Below are positions 1-18,000 of a stretch of DNA of 64,000 nt, in pieces. The stretch is from contig CAXHJY010001303.1 in assembly GCA_964016885.1 (NCBI GenBank), forward strand, positions 23,001 through 87,000, read 5' to 3'. This DNA comes from Eledone cirrhosa (Eukaryota). Each line of letters opens with the position of its first letter. The stretch's first letter is position 1. The notes beneath the pieces are model-generated. The model did no database searches. It was given only the letters and a program-made list of their open reading frames with translations, and was not told where the DNA came from. Made by a program: the position numbers and the translations under genes.

Positions 1-3000
1 ATGGTCTGTAACGTATATATACATGGTCTGTAACGTATATATATATACATTGTCTGCAACGTATATATATATACATGGTCTGTAACGTATATATATATAC
101 ATGGTCTGTAACGTATATATATATACATGGTTTGTAACATATATATATATATATACATGGTCTGTAACGTATATATACATGGTCTGTAACGTATATATAT
201 ATATACATGGTCTGTAACGTATATATACATGGTCTGTAACGTATATATATATACATGGTTTTTAACGTATATATATATACATGGTCTGTAACGTATATAT
301 ATATAGATGGTCTGTAACGTATATATACATAGTTTGTAACGTATATATATATACATGGTCTGTAACGTATATATACATGGTTTGTAACGTATATATATAT
401 ACATGGTCTGTAACGTATATATATACATGGTCTGTAACGTATATATATATACATGGTTTCTAATATATATATATATATACATGGTCTGTAACGTATATAT
501 ATATACATGGTCTGTAACGTATATATATATACATGGTCTGTAACGTATATATATATACATGGTCTGTAACATATATATACATGGTTTGTAACGTATATAT
601 ATATACATGGTTTGTAACGTATATATATATACATGGTCTGTAACGTATAAATATATATACATGGTTTGTAACGTATATATATATACATGGTTTGTAACGT
701 ATATATATATACATGGTTTGTAACGTATATATATATATACATGGTTTGTAACATATATATATATACATGGTCTGTAACGTATATATATATACATGGTCTG
801 TAACGTATATATACATGGTCTGTAACGTATATATATATACATGGTCTGTAACGTATATATATATACATGGTCTGTAACGTATATATATATACATGGTTTG
901 TAACATATATATATATATATGGTCTGTAACGTATATATACATGGTCTGTAACGTATATATATATACATGGTTTGTAACGTATATATGTATACAACGTCTG
1001 TAACGTATATATATACATGGTCTGTAACGTATATATATATACATGGTCTGTAACGTATATATATATACATGGTCTGTAACGTATATATATATACATGGTC
1101 TGTAACGTATATATATATATACATGGTCTGTAACGTATATATATATACATGGTTTGTAACGTATATATACATGGTTTGTAACGTATATATATATACATGG
1201 TCTGTAACGTATATATATATACATGGTTTGTAACGTATATATATATATATACATGGACTGTAACGTATATATATATACATGGTCTGTAACGTATATATAT
1301 ATACATGGTCTGTAACATATATATATATATACATGGTTTGTAACGTATATATACATGGTCTGTAACGTATATATATATACATGGTTTGTAACATATATAT
1401 ACATGATCTGTAACGTATATATATATATACATGGTCTGTAACGTATATATATATACATTGTTTGTAACGTATATATATATACATGGTCTGTAACGTATAT
1501 ATATACATGGTCTGTGACGTATATATATATACATGGTCTGTAACGTATATATATATACATGGTTTGTAACGTATATATATATACATGGTCTGTAACGTAT
1601 ATATATACAGGGTCTGCAACGTATATATATACATGGTCTGTAACGTATATATATATACATGGTCTGTAACGTATATATATACATGGTCTGTAACGTATAT
1701 ATATACATGGTCTGTAACGTATATATATATACATGGTTTGTAACATATATATATATATACATGGTCTGTAACGTATATATATATACATGGTCTGTAACGT
1801 ATATATATATACATGGTCTGTAACGTATATATATACATGGTCTGTAACGTATATATATATACATGGTCTGTAACATATATATACATGGTTTGTAACGTAT
1901 ATATATATACATGGTTTGTAACGTATATATATATACATGGTCTGTAACGTATATATATATATACATGGTTTGTAACGTATATATATATCCATGGTTTGTA
2001 ACGTATATATATATACATGGTCTGTAACGTATATATACATGGTCTGTAACGTATATATATATACATGGTTTGTAACATATATATATATACATGGTCTGTA
2101 ACGTATATATACATGGTCTGTAACGTATATATATATACATGGTTTGTAACGTATATATATATACATGGTCTGTAACGTATATATACATGGTTGTAACGTA
2201 TATATATATACATGGTTTGTAACATATATATATATACATGGTCTGTAACGTATATATACATGGTCTGTAACGTATATATATATATACATGGTTTGTAACG
2301 TATATATATATACATGGTCTGTAACGTATATATACATGGTATGTAACGTATATATATATACATGGTTTGTAACGTATATATATATACATGGTTTGTAACA
2401 TATATATATATACATGGTCTGTAACGTATATATATATACATGGTCTGTAACGTATATATATATACATGGTTTGTAACGTATATATATATACATGGTTTGT
2501 AACATATATATATATACATGGTCTGTAACGTATATATATATACATGGTCTGTAACGTATATATATATACATGGTTTGTAACGTATATATATATACATGGT
2601 TTGTAACATATATATATATACATGGTCTGTAACGTATATATACATGGTCTGTAACGTATATATATATACATGGTTTGTAACGTATATATACATGGTTTGT
2701 AACGTATATATATATACATGGTTTGTAACATATATATATATACATGGTTTGAAACGTATATATATATATACATGGTTTGTAACGTATATATATATACATG
2801 GTCTGTAACGTATATATATACAGGGCCTGTAACATATATATATACATGTTCTGTAACGTATATATATATACATGGTCTGTAACGTATATATATACATGGT
2901 CTGTAACGTATATATATACATGGTCTGTAACGTATATATATATACATGGTTTGTAACATATATATATATATATACATGGTCTGTAACGTATATATATACA

Positions 3001-6000
3001 TGGTCTGTAACGTATATATATATACATGGTCTATAACGTATATATATATACATGGTCTGTAACGTATATATATATACATGGTTTGTAACGTATATATACA
3101 TGGTTTGTAACGTATATATATATACATGGTCTGTAACGTATATATATATACATGGTCTGTAACGTATATATATATACATGGTTTGTAACGTATATATATA
3201 TACATGGTCTGTAACGTATATATATATATACATGGTCTGTAACGTACATATATATACATGGTCTGTAACATATATATACATGGTTTGTAACGTATATATA
3301 TATACATGGTTTGTAACGTATATATATATACATGGTCTGTAACGTATATATATATATACATGGTTTGTAACGTATATATATATACATGGTTTGTAACGTA
3401 TATATATATATACATGGTTTGTAACGTATATGTATATACATGGTTTGTAACATATATATATATACATGGTCTGTAACGTATATATATATACATGGTCTGT
3501 AACGTATATATACATGGTCTGTAACGTATATATATATACATGGTCTGTAACGTATATATATATACATGGTCTGTAACGTATATATATATACATGGTCTGT
3601 AACGTATATATATATACATGGTTTGTAACATATATATATATACATGGTCTGTAACGTATATATACATGGTCTGTAACGTATATATATATACATGGTTTGT
3701 AACGTATATATATATACATGGTCTGTAACGTATATATACATGGTCTGTAACGTATATATATATACATGGTTTGTAACGTATATATATATACATGGTTTGT
3801 AACATATATATATATACATGGTCTGTAACGTATATATATATACATGGTCTGTAACGTATATATATATACATGGTTTGTAACGTATATATATATACATGGT
3901 TTGTAACATATATATATACATGGTCTGTAACGTATATATATATACATGGCTTGTAACGTATATATATATACATTGTCTGTAACGTATATATATACATTGT
4001 CTGTAACGTATATATACATGGTCTGTAACGTATATATATATACATGGTTTGTAACGTATATATATATACATGGTCTGTAACGTATATATATACATGGTCT
4101 GTAACGTATATATACATGGTTTGTAACGTATATATATATATACATGGTCTGTAACGTATATATACATGGTTTGTAACGTATATATATATACATGGTCTAT
4201 AACGTATATATATATACATGGTCTATAACGTATATATATATACATGGTCTGTAACGTATATATATACATGGTCTGTAACGTATATATATATACATGGTTT
4301 GTAACATATATATATATATATGGTCTGTAACGTATATATATATACATGGTTTGTAACGTATATATATATACATGGTCTGTAACGTATATATATATACATG
4401 GTTTGTAACGTATATATACATGGTCTGTAACGTATATATATACATCGTCTGTAACCTATATATATACATCGTCTGTAACGTATATATATATATACATGGT
4501 CTGTAACGTATATATATATACATGCTTTGTAACGTATATATACATGGTCTGTAACGTATATATATATACATGGTTTGTAACATATATATACATGGTCTGT
4601 AACGTATATATATATACATGGTCTGTAACGTATATATATATACATGGTTTGTAACGTATATATATATATACATGGTCTGTAACGTATATATATATACATG
4701 GTTTGTAACGTATATATACATGGTCTGTAACGTATATATATATACATGGTTTGTAACATATATATACATGGTCTGTAACGTATATATATATACATGGTCT
4801 GTAACGTATATATATATACATGGTTTGTAACGTATATATATATACATGGTCTGTAACGTATATATATACATTGTCTGTAACGTATATATATATACATAGT
4901 CTGTAACGTATATATATATACATGGTCTGTAACGTATATATACATGGTCTGTAACGTATGTATATATACATGGTCTGTAACGTATATATATATAAATGGT
5001 GTGTAACGTATATATATATACATGGTCTGTAACGTATATATATATACATGGTTTGTAACATATATATATATATACATGGTCTGTAACGTATATATACATG
5101 GTCTGTAACGTATATATATATACATGGTTTGTAACGTTTATATATATACATGGTCTGTAACGTATATATATATACATGGTCTGTAACGTATATATACATG
5201 GTCTGTAACGTATATATATATACATGGTTTGTAACATATATATATATACATGGTCTGTAACGTATATATACATGGTCTGTAACGTATATATATATATACA
5301 TGGTTTGTAACATATATATACATGGTCTGTAACTTATATATATATACATGGTTGTAACGTATATATATACATGGTCTGTAACGTATATATACATGGTCTG
5401 TAACGTATATATATGTACATGGTTTGTAACGTATATATATATACATGGTCTGTAACGTATATATATACATGGTCTGTAACGTATATATATACATGGTCTG
5501 TAACGTATATATATATATACATGGTCTGTAACCTATATATACAGGGTTTGTAACGTATATATATATACATGGTCTGTAACGTATATATACATGGTTTGTA
5601 ACGTATATATATATACATGGTCTGTAACGTATATATACATACATGGTCTGTAACGTATATATATACATGGTCAGTAACGTATATATATATATACATGGTT
5701 TGTAACATATATATATATATACATGGTCTGTAACGTATATATATATACATGGTCTGTAACGTATATATATATATACATGGTCTGTAACGTATATATATAT
5801 ACATGGTCTGTAACGTATATATATATACATGGTCTGTAACGTATATATATATACATGGTCTGTAACGTATATATACATGGTCTGTAACATATATATACAT
5901 GGTTTGTAACGTATATATATATACATGGTTTGTAACGTATATATATATACATGGTCTGTAACGTATATATATATATACATGGTCTGTAACGTATATATAT

Positions 6001-9000
6001 ATACATGGTTTGTAACGTATATATATATACATGGTTTGTAACATATATATATATACATGGTCTGTAACGTTTTATATATATACATGGTTTGTAACATATA
6101 TATATATACATGGTCTGTAACGTATATATACATGGTCTGTAACGTATATATATATACATAGTTTGTAACGTATATATATATACATGGTCTGTAACGTATA
6201 TATATACATGGTCTGGAACGTATATATACATGGTCTGTAACGTATATATATATACCTGGTTTGTAACATATATATATATACATGGTCTGTAACGTATATA
6301 TATATACATGGTCTGTAACGTATATATATATACATGGTTTGTAACGTATATATATATACATGGTTTGTAACATATATATATATACATGGCCTGTAACGTA
6401 TATATACATGGTCTGTAACGTATATATATATACATGGTTTGTAACGTATATATATATACATGGTCTGTAACGTATATATACATGGTTGTAACGTATATAT
6501 ATATACATGGTTTGTAACATATATATATATACATGGTCTGTAACGTATATATTCATGGTCTGTAACGTATATATATATACATGGTTTGTAACGTATATAT
6601 ATATACATGGTCTGTAACGTATATATACATGGTCTGTAACGTATATATATATACATGGTTTGTAACATATATATATATACATGGTCTGTAACGTATATAT
6701 ATATACATGGTCTGTAATGTATATATATATACATGGTTTGTAACGTATATATATATACATGGTTTGTAACGTATATATATATACATGGTCTGTAACGTAT
6801 ATATATACATGGTCTGTAACGTATATATACATGGTTTGTAACGTATATATATATACATGGTCTGTAACGTATATATACATGGTTTGTAACGTATATATAT
6901 ATACATGGTCTGTAACGTATATATATATACATGGTCTGTAACGTATATATATACATGGTCTGTAACGTATATATATATACATGGTTTGTAACATATATAT
7001 ATATACATGGTCTGTAACGTATATATATATACATGGTCTGTAACGTATATTTATATACATGGTTTGTAACGTATATATACATGGTTTGTAACATATATAT
7101 ACATGGTCTGTAACGTATATATATATACATGGTCTGTAACGTATATATATATATATATACATGGTCTGTAACGTATATATATATACATGGTTTGTAACGT
7201 ATATATACATGGTTTGTAACGTATATATATATACATGGTTTGTAACATATATATATATATACATGGTTTGAAACGTATATATATATATACATGGTTTGTA
7301 ACGTATATATATATACATGGTCTGTAACGTATATATATACAGGGTCTGTAACGTATATATATACATGGTCTGTAACGTATATATATATACATGGTCTGTA
7401 ACGTATATATATACATGGTCTGTAACGTATATATATACATGGTCTGTAACGTATATATATATACATGGTTTGTAACATATATATATATATATACATGGTC
7501 TGTAACGTATATATATATACATGGTCTGTAACGTATATATATATACATGGTCTGTAACGTATATATATATACATGGTCTGTAACGTATATATATATACAT
7601 GGTTTGTAACGTATATATACATGGTCTGTAACGTATATATATATACATGGTCTGTAACGTATATATATATACATGGTTTGTAACGTATATATATATACAT
7701 GGTCTGTAACGTATATATATATATACATGGTCTGTAACGTATATATATATACATGGTCTGTAACATATATATACATGGTTTGTAACGTATATATATATAC
7801 ATGGTTTGTAACGTATATATATATACATGGTCTGCAACGTATATATATATATACATGGTTTGTAACGTATATATATATACATGGTTTGTAACGTATATAT
7901 ATATATATACATGGTTTGTAACGTATATATATATACATGGTTTGTAACATATATATATATACATGGTCTGTAACGTATATATATATACATGGTCTGTAAC
8001 GTATATATACATGGTCTGTAACGTATATATATATACATGGTCTGTAACGTATATATATATACATGGTCTGTAACGTATATATATATACATGGTCTGTAAC
8101 GTATATATATATACATGGTTTGTAACATATATATATATACATGGTCTGTAACGTATATATACATGGTCTGTAACGTATATATATATACATGGTTTGTAAC
8201 GTATATATATATACATGGTCTGTAACGTATATATATACATGGTCTGTAACGTATATATACATGGTTTGTAACGTATATATGTATATACATGGTCTGTAAC
8301 GTATATATACATGGTCTGTAACGTATATATATATACATGGTTTGTAACGTATATATATATATATGGTCTGTAACGTATATATACATGGTCTGTAACGTAT
8401 ATATATATACATGGTTTGTAACGTATATATATATACATGGTTTGTAACATATATATATATACATGGTCTGTAACGTATATATATATACATGGCTTGTAAC
8501 GTATATATATATACATTGTCTGTAACGTATATATATACATTGTCTGTAACGTATATATACATGGTCTGTAACGTATATATATATACATGGTTTGTAACGT
8601 ATATATATATACATGGTCTGTAACGTATATATATACATGGTCTGTAACGTATATATACATGGTTTGTAACGTATATATATATATACATGGTCTGTAACGT
8701 ATATATACATGGTTTGTAACGTATATATATATACATGGTCTATAACGTATATATATATACATGGTCTATAACGTATATATATATACATGGTCTGTAACGT
8801 ATATATATACATGGTCTGTAACGTATATATATATACATGGTTTGTAACATATATATATATATACATGGTCTGTAACGTATATATATATACATGGTCTGTA
8901 ACGTATATATATATACATGGTCTGTAACGTATATATATATACATGGTTTGTAACGTATATATACATGGTCTGTAACGTATATATATATACATGGTTTGTA

Positions 9001-12000
9001 ACGTATATATACATGGTCTGTAACGTATATATATATACATGGTTTGTAACATATATATACATGGTCTGTAACGTATATATATATACATGGTTGTAACGTA
9101 TATATATACATGGTCTGTAACGTATATATACATGGTCTGTAACGTATATATATGTACATGGTTTGTAACGTATATATATATACATGGTCTGTAACGTATA
9201 TATATACATGGTCTGTAACGTATATATATACATGGTCTGTAACGTATATATATATATATACATGGTCTGTAACGTATATATACAGGGTTTGTAACGTATA
9301 TATATATACATGGTCTGTAACGTATATATATATACATGGTTTGTAACGTATATATACATGGTCTGTAACGTATATATACATGGTCTGTAACGTATATATA
9401 TACATGGTCTGTAACGTATATATATATACATGGTTTGTAACATATATATACATGGTCTGTAACGTATATATATATACATGGTCTGTAACGTATATATATA
9501 TACATGGTTTGTAACGTATATATATATACATGGTTTGTAACATATATATATATACATGGTCTGTAACGTATATATACATGGTCTGTAACGTATATATATA
9601 TACATGGTTTGTAACGTATATATATATACATGGTCTGTAACGTATATATACATGGTTGTAACGTATATATATATACATGGTTTGTAACATATATATATAT
9701 ACATGGTCTGTAACGTATATATACATGGTCTGTAACGTATATATATATACATGGTTTGTAACGTATATATATATACATGGTCTGTAACGTATATATACAT
9801 GGTCTGTAACGTATATATATATACATGGTTTGTAACGTATATATATATACATGGTTTGTAACATATATATATATACATGGTCTGTAACGTATATATATAT
9901 ACATGGTCTGTAACGTATATATATATACATGGTTTGTAACGTATATATATATACATGGTTTGTAACGTATATATATATACATGGTCTGTAACGTATATAT
10001 ATACATGGTCTGTAACGTATATATACATGGTTTGTAACGTATATATATATACATGGTCTGTAACGTATATATACATGGTCTGTAACGTATATATATATAC
10101 ATGGTTTGTAACGTATATATATATACATGGTTTGTAACATATATATATATACATGGTCTGTAACGTATATATATATACATGGTCTGTAACGTATATATAT
10201 ACATGGTCTGTAACGTATATATATATACATGGTTTGTAACATATATATATATACATGGTCTGTAACGTATATTTATATACATGGTTTGTAACGTATATAT
10301 ACATGGTTTGTAACATATATATACATGGTCTGTAACGTATATATATATACATGGTCTGTAACGTATATATATATATATACATGGTCTGTAACGTATATAT
10401 ATATACATGGTTTGTAACGTATATATACATGGTTTGTAACGTATATATATATACATGGTTTGTAACATATATATATATACATGGTTTGAAACGTATATAT
10501 ATATATACATGGTTTGTAACGTATATATATATACATGGTCTGTAACGTATATATATACAGGGTCTGTAACGTATATATATACATGGTCTGTAACGCATAT
10601 ATATATACATGGTCTGTAACGTATATATATACATGGTCTGTAACGTATATATATACATGGTCTGTAACGTATATATATATACATGGTTTGTAACATATAT
10701 ATATATATATACATGGTCTGTAACGTATATATATATACATGGTCTGTAACGTATATATATATACATGGTCTGTAACGTATATATATATACATGGTCTGTA
10801 ACGTATATATATATACATGGTTTGTAACGTATATATACATGGTCTGTAACGTATATATATATACATGGTCTGTAACGTATATATATACATGGTCTGTAAC
10901 GTATATATATATACATGGTTTGTAACATATATATATATATATACATGGTCTGTAACGTATATATATATACATGGTCTGTAACGTATATATATATACATGG
11001 TTTGTAACGTATATATATATACATGGTCTGTAACGTATATATATATATACATGGTCTGTAACGTATATATATATACATGGTCTGTAACATATATATACAT
11101 GGTTTGTAACGTATATATATATACATAGTTTGTAACGTATATATATATACATGGTCTGTAACGTATATATATATATACATGGTTTGTAACGTATATATAT
11201 ATACATGGTTTGTAACGTATATATATATATATACATGGTTTGTAACGTATATATATATACATGGTTTGTAACATATATATATATACATGGTCTGTAACGT
11301 ATATATATATACATGGTCTGTAACGTATATATACATGGTCTGTAACGTATATATATATACATGGTCTGTAACGTATATATATATACATGGTCTGTAACGT
11401 ATATATATATACATGGTCTGTAACGTATATATATATACATGGTTTGTAACATATATATATATACATGGTCTGTAACGTATATATACATGGTCTGTAACGT
11501 ATATATATATACATGGTTTGTAACGTATATATATATACATGGTCTGTAACGTATATATATACATGGTCTGTAGCGTATATATACATGGTTTGTAACGTAT
11601 ATATATATATACATGGTCTGTAACGTATATATACATGGTCTGTAACGTATATATATATACATGGTCTGTAACGTATATATATATACATGGTCTGTAACGT
11701 ATATATACATGGTCTGTAACGTATATATATATACATGGTCTGTAACGTATCTATATATACATGGTCTGTAACGTATATATATATACATGGTCTGTAACGT
11801 ATATATATATACATGGTTTGTAACATATATATATATACATGGTCTGTAACGTATATATATACATGGTCTGTAACGTATATATACATGGTTTGTAACGTAT
11901 ATATATATATACATGGTCTGTAACGTATATATACATGGTTTGTAACATATATATATATACATGGTCTGTAACGTATATATATATATACATGGTCTGTAAC

Positions 12001-15000
12001 GTATATATACATGGTCTGTAACGTATATATATATACATGGTTTGTAACGTATATATATATACATGGTCTGTAACGTATATATACATGGTCTGTAACGTAT
12101 ATATATATACATGGTCTGTAACGTATATATATATATATATGGTTTGTAACGTATATATATATACATGGTTTGTAACATATATATATATACATGGTCTGTA
12201 ACGTATAGATATATACATGGCTTGTAACGTATATATATATACATTGTCTGTAACGTATATATACATGGTCTGTAACGTATATATATATACATGGTTTGTA
12301 ACGTATATATATATACATGGTCTGTAACGTATATATATACATGGTCTGTAACGTATATATACATGGTTTGTAACGTATATATATATATACATGGTCTGTA
12401 ACGTATATATACATGGTTTGTAACGTATATATATATACATGGTCTATAACGTATATATATATACATGGTCTATAACGTATATATATATACATGGTCTGTA
12501 ACGTATATATATACATGGTCTGTAACGTATATATATATACATGGTTTGTAACATATATATATATATATACAGGGTCTGTAACGTATATATATATACATGG
12601 TCTGTAACGTATATATATATACATGGTCTGTAACGTATATATATATACATGGTTTGTAACGTATATATACATGGTCTGTAACGTATATATATATACATGG
12701 TTTGTAACGTATATATACATGGTCTGTAACGTATATATATATACATGGTTTGTAACATATATATACATGGTCTGTAACGTATATATATATACATGGTCTG
12801 TAACGTATATATATATACATGGTTTGTAACGTATATATATATATACATGGTCTGTAACGTATATATATATACATGGTTTGTAACGTATATATACATGGTC
12901 TGTAACGTATATATATATACATGGTTTGTAACATATATATACATGGTCTGTAACGTATATATATATACATGGTCTGTAACGTATATATATATACATGGTT
13001 TGTAACGTATATATATATACATGGTCTGTAACGTATATATATACATTGTCTGTAACGTATGTATATATACATGGTCTGTAACGTATATATATATAAATGG
13101 TGTGTAACGTATATATATATACATGGTCTGTAACGTATATATATATACATGGTTTGTAACATATATATATATACATGGTCTGTAACGTATATATACATGG
13201 TCTGTAACGTATATATATATACATGGTTTGTAACGTATATATATATACATGGTCTGTAACGTATATATATATACATGGTCTGTAACGTATATATATACAT
13301 GGTCTGTAACGTATATATACATGGTCTGTAACGTATATATATGTACATGGTTTGTAACGTATATATATATACATGGTCTGTAACGTATATATATATACAT
13401 GGTTTGTAACATATATATACATGGTCTGTAACGTATATATATATACATGGTTGTAACGTATATATATACATGGTCTGTAACGTATATATACATGGTCTGT
13501 AACGTATATATATGTACATGGTTTGTAACGTATATATATATACATGGTCTGTAACGTATATATATACATGGTCTGTAACGTATATATATACATGGTCTGT
13601 AACGTATATATATATATACATGGTCTGTAACGTATATATACAGGGTTTGTAACGTATATATATATACAAGGTCTGTAACGTATATATAAATGGTTTGTAA
13701 CGTATATATATATACATGGTCTGTAACGTATATATATATACATGGTCTGTAACGTATATATATACATGGTCTGTAACGTATATATATATACATGGTCTGT
13801 AACGTGTATATATATACATGGTCTGTAACGTATATATATATACATGGTCTGTAACGTATATATATATACATGGTCTGTAACGTATATATACATGGTCTGT
13901 AACATATATATACATGGTTTGTAACGTATATATATATACATGGTTTGTAACGTATATATATATACATGGTCTGTAACGTATATATACATGGTCTGTAACG
14001 TATATATATATACATGGTCTGTAACGTATATATATATACATGGTCTGTAACGTATATATATGTACATGGTCTGTAACGTTTTATATATATACATGGTTTG
14101 TAACATATATATATATACATGGTCTGTAACGTATATATACATGGTCTGTAACGTATACATATATACATAGTTTGTAACGTATATATATATACATGGTCTG
14201 TAACGTATATATATACATGGTCTGTAACGTATATATACATGGTCTGTAACGTATATATATATACCTGGTTTGTAACGTATATATATATATACATGGTCTG
14301 TAACGTATATATATATACATGGTCTGTAACGTATATATACATGGTTTGTAACGTATATATATATATACATGGTCTGTAACGTATATATATACATGGTCTG
14401 TAACGTATATATACATGGTTTGTAACGTATATATATATACATGGTCTGTAACGTATATATATATACATGGTCTGTAACGTATATATATACATGGTCTGTA
14501 ACGTATATATATATACATGGTCTGTAACGTATATATATATACATGGTCTGTAACGTATATATATATACATGGTCTGTAACGTATATATATATACATGGTC
14601 TGTAACGTATATATATATATACATGGTCTGTAACGTATATATATATACATGGTTTGTAACGTATATATACATGGTTTGTAACGTATATATATATACATGG
14701 TCTGTAACGTATATATATATACATGATTTGTAACGTATATATATATACATGGTTTGTAACGTATATATATATACATGGTCTGTAACGTATATATATATAC
14801 ATGGTTTATAACGTATATATATATATATACATGGTCTGTAACGTATATATATATACATGCTCTGTAACGTATATATATACATGGTCTGTAACGTATATAT
14901 ATATACATGGTCTGTAACATATATATATATACATGGTTTGTAACGTATATATACATGGTCTGTAACGTATATATATATACATGGTTTGTAACATATATAT

Positions 15001-18000
15001 ACATGGTCTGTAACGTATATATATATATACATGGTCTGTAACGTATATATATATACATTGTTTGTAACGTATATATATATACATGGTCTGTAACGTATAT
15101 ATATACATGGTCTGTAACGTATATATATATACATGGTCTGTAACGTATATATATATACATGGTCTGTAACGTATATATACATGGTCTGTAACGTATATAT
15201 ATATACATGGTCTGTAACGTATATATATATACATGGTCTGTAACGTATATATATATACATGGTTTGTAACATATATATATATATATACATGGTCTGTAAC
15301 GTATATATACATGGTCTGTAACGTATATATATATACATGGTTTGTAACGTATATATATATATATACATGGTTTTTAACGTATATATATATACATGGTCTG
15401 TAACGTATATATATACATGGTCTGTAACGTATATATACATAGTTTGTAACGTATATATATATACATGGTCTGTAACGTATATATACATGGTTTGTAACGT
15501 ATATATATATACATGGTCTGTAACGTATATATATACATGGTCTGTAACGTATATATATATACATGGTTTGTAACATATATATATATATACATGGTCTGTA
15601 ACGTATATATATATACATGGTCTGTAACATATATATATACATGGTCTGTAACGTATATATATATACATGGTCTGTAACGTATATATATATACATGGTTTG
15701 TAACGTATATATATATACATGGTTTGTAACGTATATATACATGGTTTTTAACGTATATATATATACATGGTCTGTAACGTATATATATATATACATGGTT
15801 TGTAACGTATATATATATACATGGTCTGTAACGTATATATATATACATGGTCTGTAACGTATATATATATACATGGTCTGTAACATATATATACATGGTT
15901 TGTAACGTATATATATATACATGGTTTGTAACGTATATATATATACATGGTCTGTAACGTATATATATATATACATGGTTTGTAACGTATATATATATAC
16001 ATGGTTTGTAACGTATATATATATACATGGTTTGTAACGTATATATATATATATACATGGTTTGTAACATATATATATATACATGGTCTGTAACGTATAT
16101 ATATATACATGGTCTGTAACGTATATATACATGGTCTGTAACGTATATATATATACATGGTCTGTAACGTATATATATATACATGGTCTGTAACGTATAT
16201 ATATATACATGGTCTGTAACGTATATATATATACATGGTTTGTAACGTATATATGTATACAACGTCTGTAACGTATATATATACATGGTCTGTAACGTAT
16301 ATATACATGGTCTGTAACGTATATATATATACATGGTTTGTAACGTATATATATACATGGTTTGTAACGTATATATATATACATGGTCTGTAACGTATAT
16401 ATATATACATGGTCTGTAACGTATATATATATATATAGTCTGTAACGTATATATATATACATGGTTTGTAACGTATATATATATACATGGTCTGTAACGT
16501 ATATATACATAAATGGTCTGTAACGTATATATATATACATGGTCTGTAACGTATATATATATACATGGTCTGTAACGTATATATACATGGTCTGTAACGT
16601 ATATATATATACATGGTTTGTAACGTATATATATATACATGGTCTGTAACGTATATATATATACATGGTCTGTAACGTATATATATATATACATGGTCTG
16701 TAACGTATATATACAGGGTTTGTAACGTATATATATATACATGGTCTGTAACGTATATATATACATGGTTTGTAACGTATATATATATACATGGTCTGTA
16801 ACGTATATATATATACATTGTCTGTAACGTATATATATACATGGTCTGTAACGTATATATATATATATATACATGGTTTGTAACATATATATATATATAC
16901 ATGGTCTGTAACGTATATATATATACATGGTCTGTAACGTATATATATATACATGGTCTGTAACGTATATATATATACATGGTCTGTAACGTATATATAT
17001 ATACATGGTCTTTAACGTATATATACATGGTCTGTAACATATATATACATGGTTTGTAACGTATATATATATACATGGTTTGTAACGTATATATATATAC
17101 ATGGTCTGTAACATATATATATATATACATGGTCTGTAACGTATATATATATACATGGTTTGTAACGTATATATATATACATGGTTTGTAACGTATATAT
17201 ATATACATGGTTTGTAACATATATATATATACATGGTCTGTAACGTATATATATATACATGGTCTGTAACGTATATATACATGGTCTGTAACGTATATAT
17301 ATATACATGGTCTGTAACGTATATATATATACATGGTCTGTAACGTATATATATGTACATGGTCTGTAACGTTTTATATATATACATTGTTTGTAACATA
17401 TATATATATACATGGTCTGTAACGTATATATACATGGTCTGTAACGTATATATATATATACATAGTTTGTAACGTATATATATATACATGGTCTGTAACG
17501 TATATATATACATGTTCTGTAACGTATATATACATGGTCTGTAACGTATATATATATACATGGTTTGTAACGTATATATATATACATGGTCTGTAACGTA
17601 TATATATACATGGTCTGTAACGTATATATACATGGTTTGTAACGTATATATATATACATGGTCTGTAACGTATATATATACATGGTCTGTAACGTATATA
17701 TACATGGTTTGTAACGTATATATATATACATGGTCTGTAACGTATATATACATGGTCTGTAACGTGTATATATATACATGGTCTGCAACGTATATATATA
17801 CATGGTCTGTAACGTATATATATATACATGGTCTGTAACGTATATATATACATGGTCTGTAACGTATATATATATACATGGTCTGTAACGTATATATATA
17901 TGCATGGTCTGTAACGTATATATATATACATGGTCTGTAACGTATATATATATATACATGGTCTGTAACGTATATATATATACATGGTTTGTAACGTATA

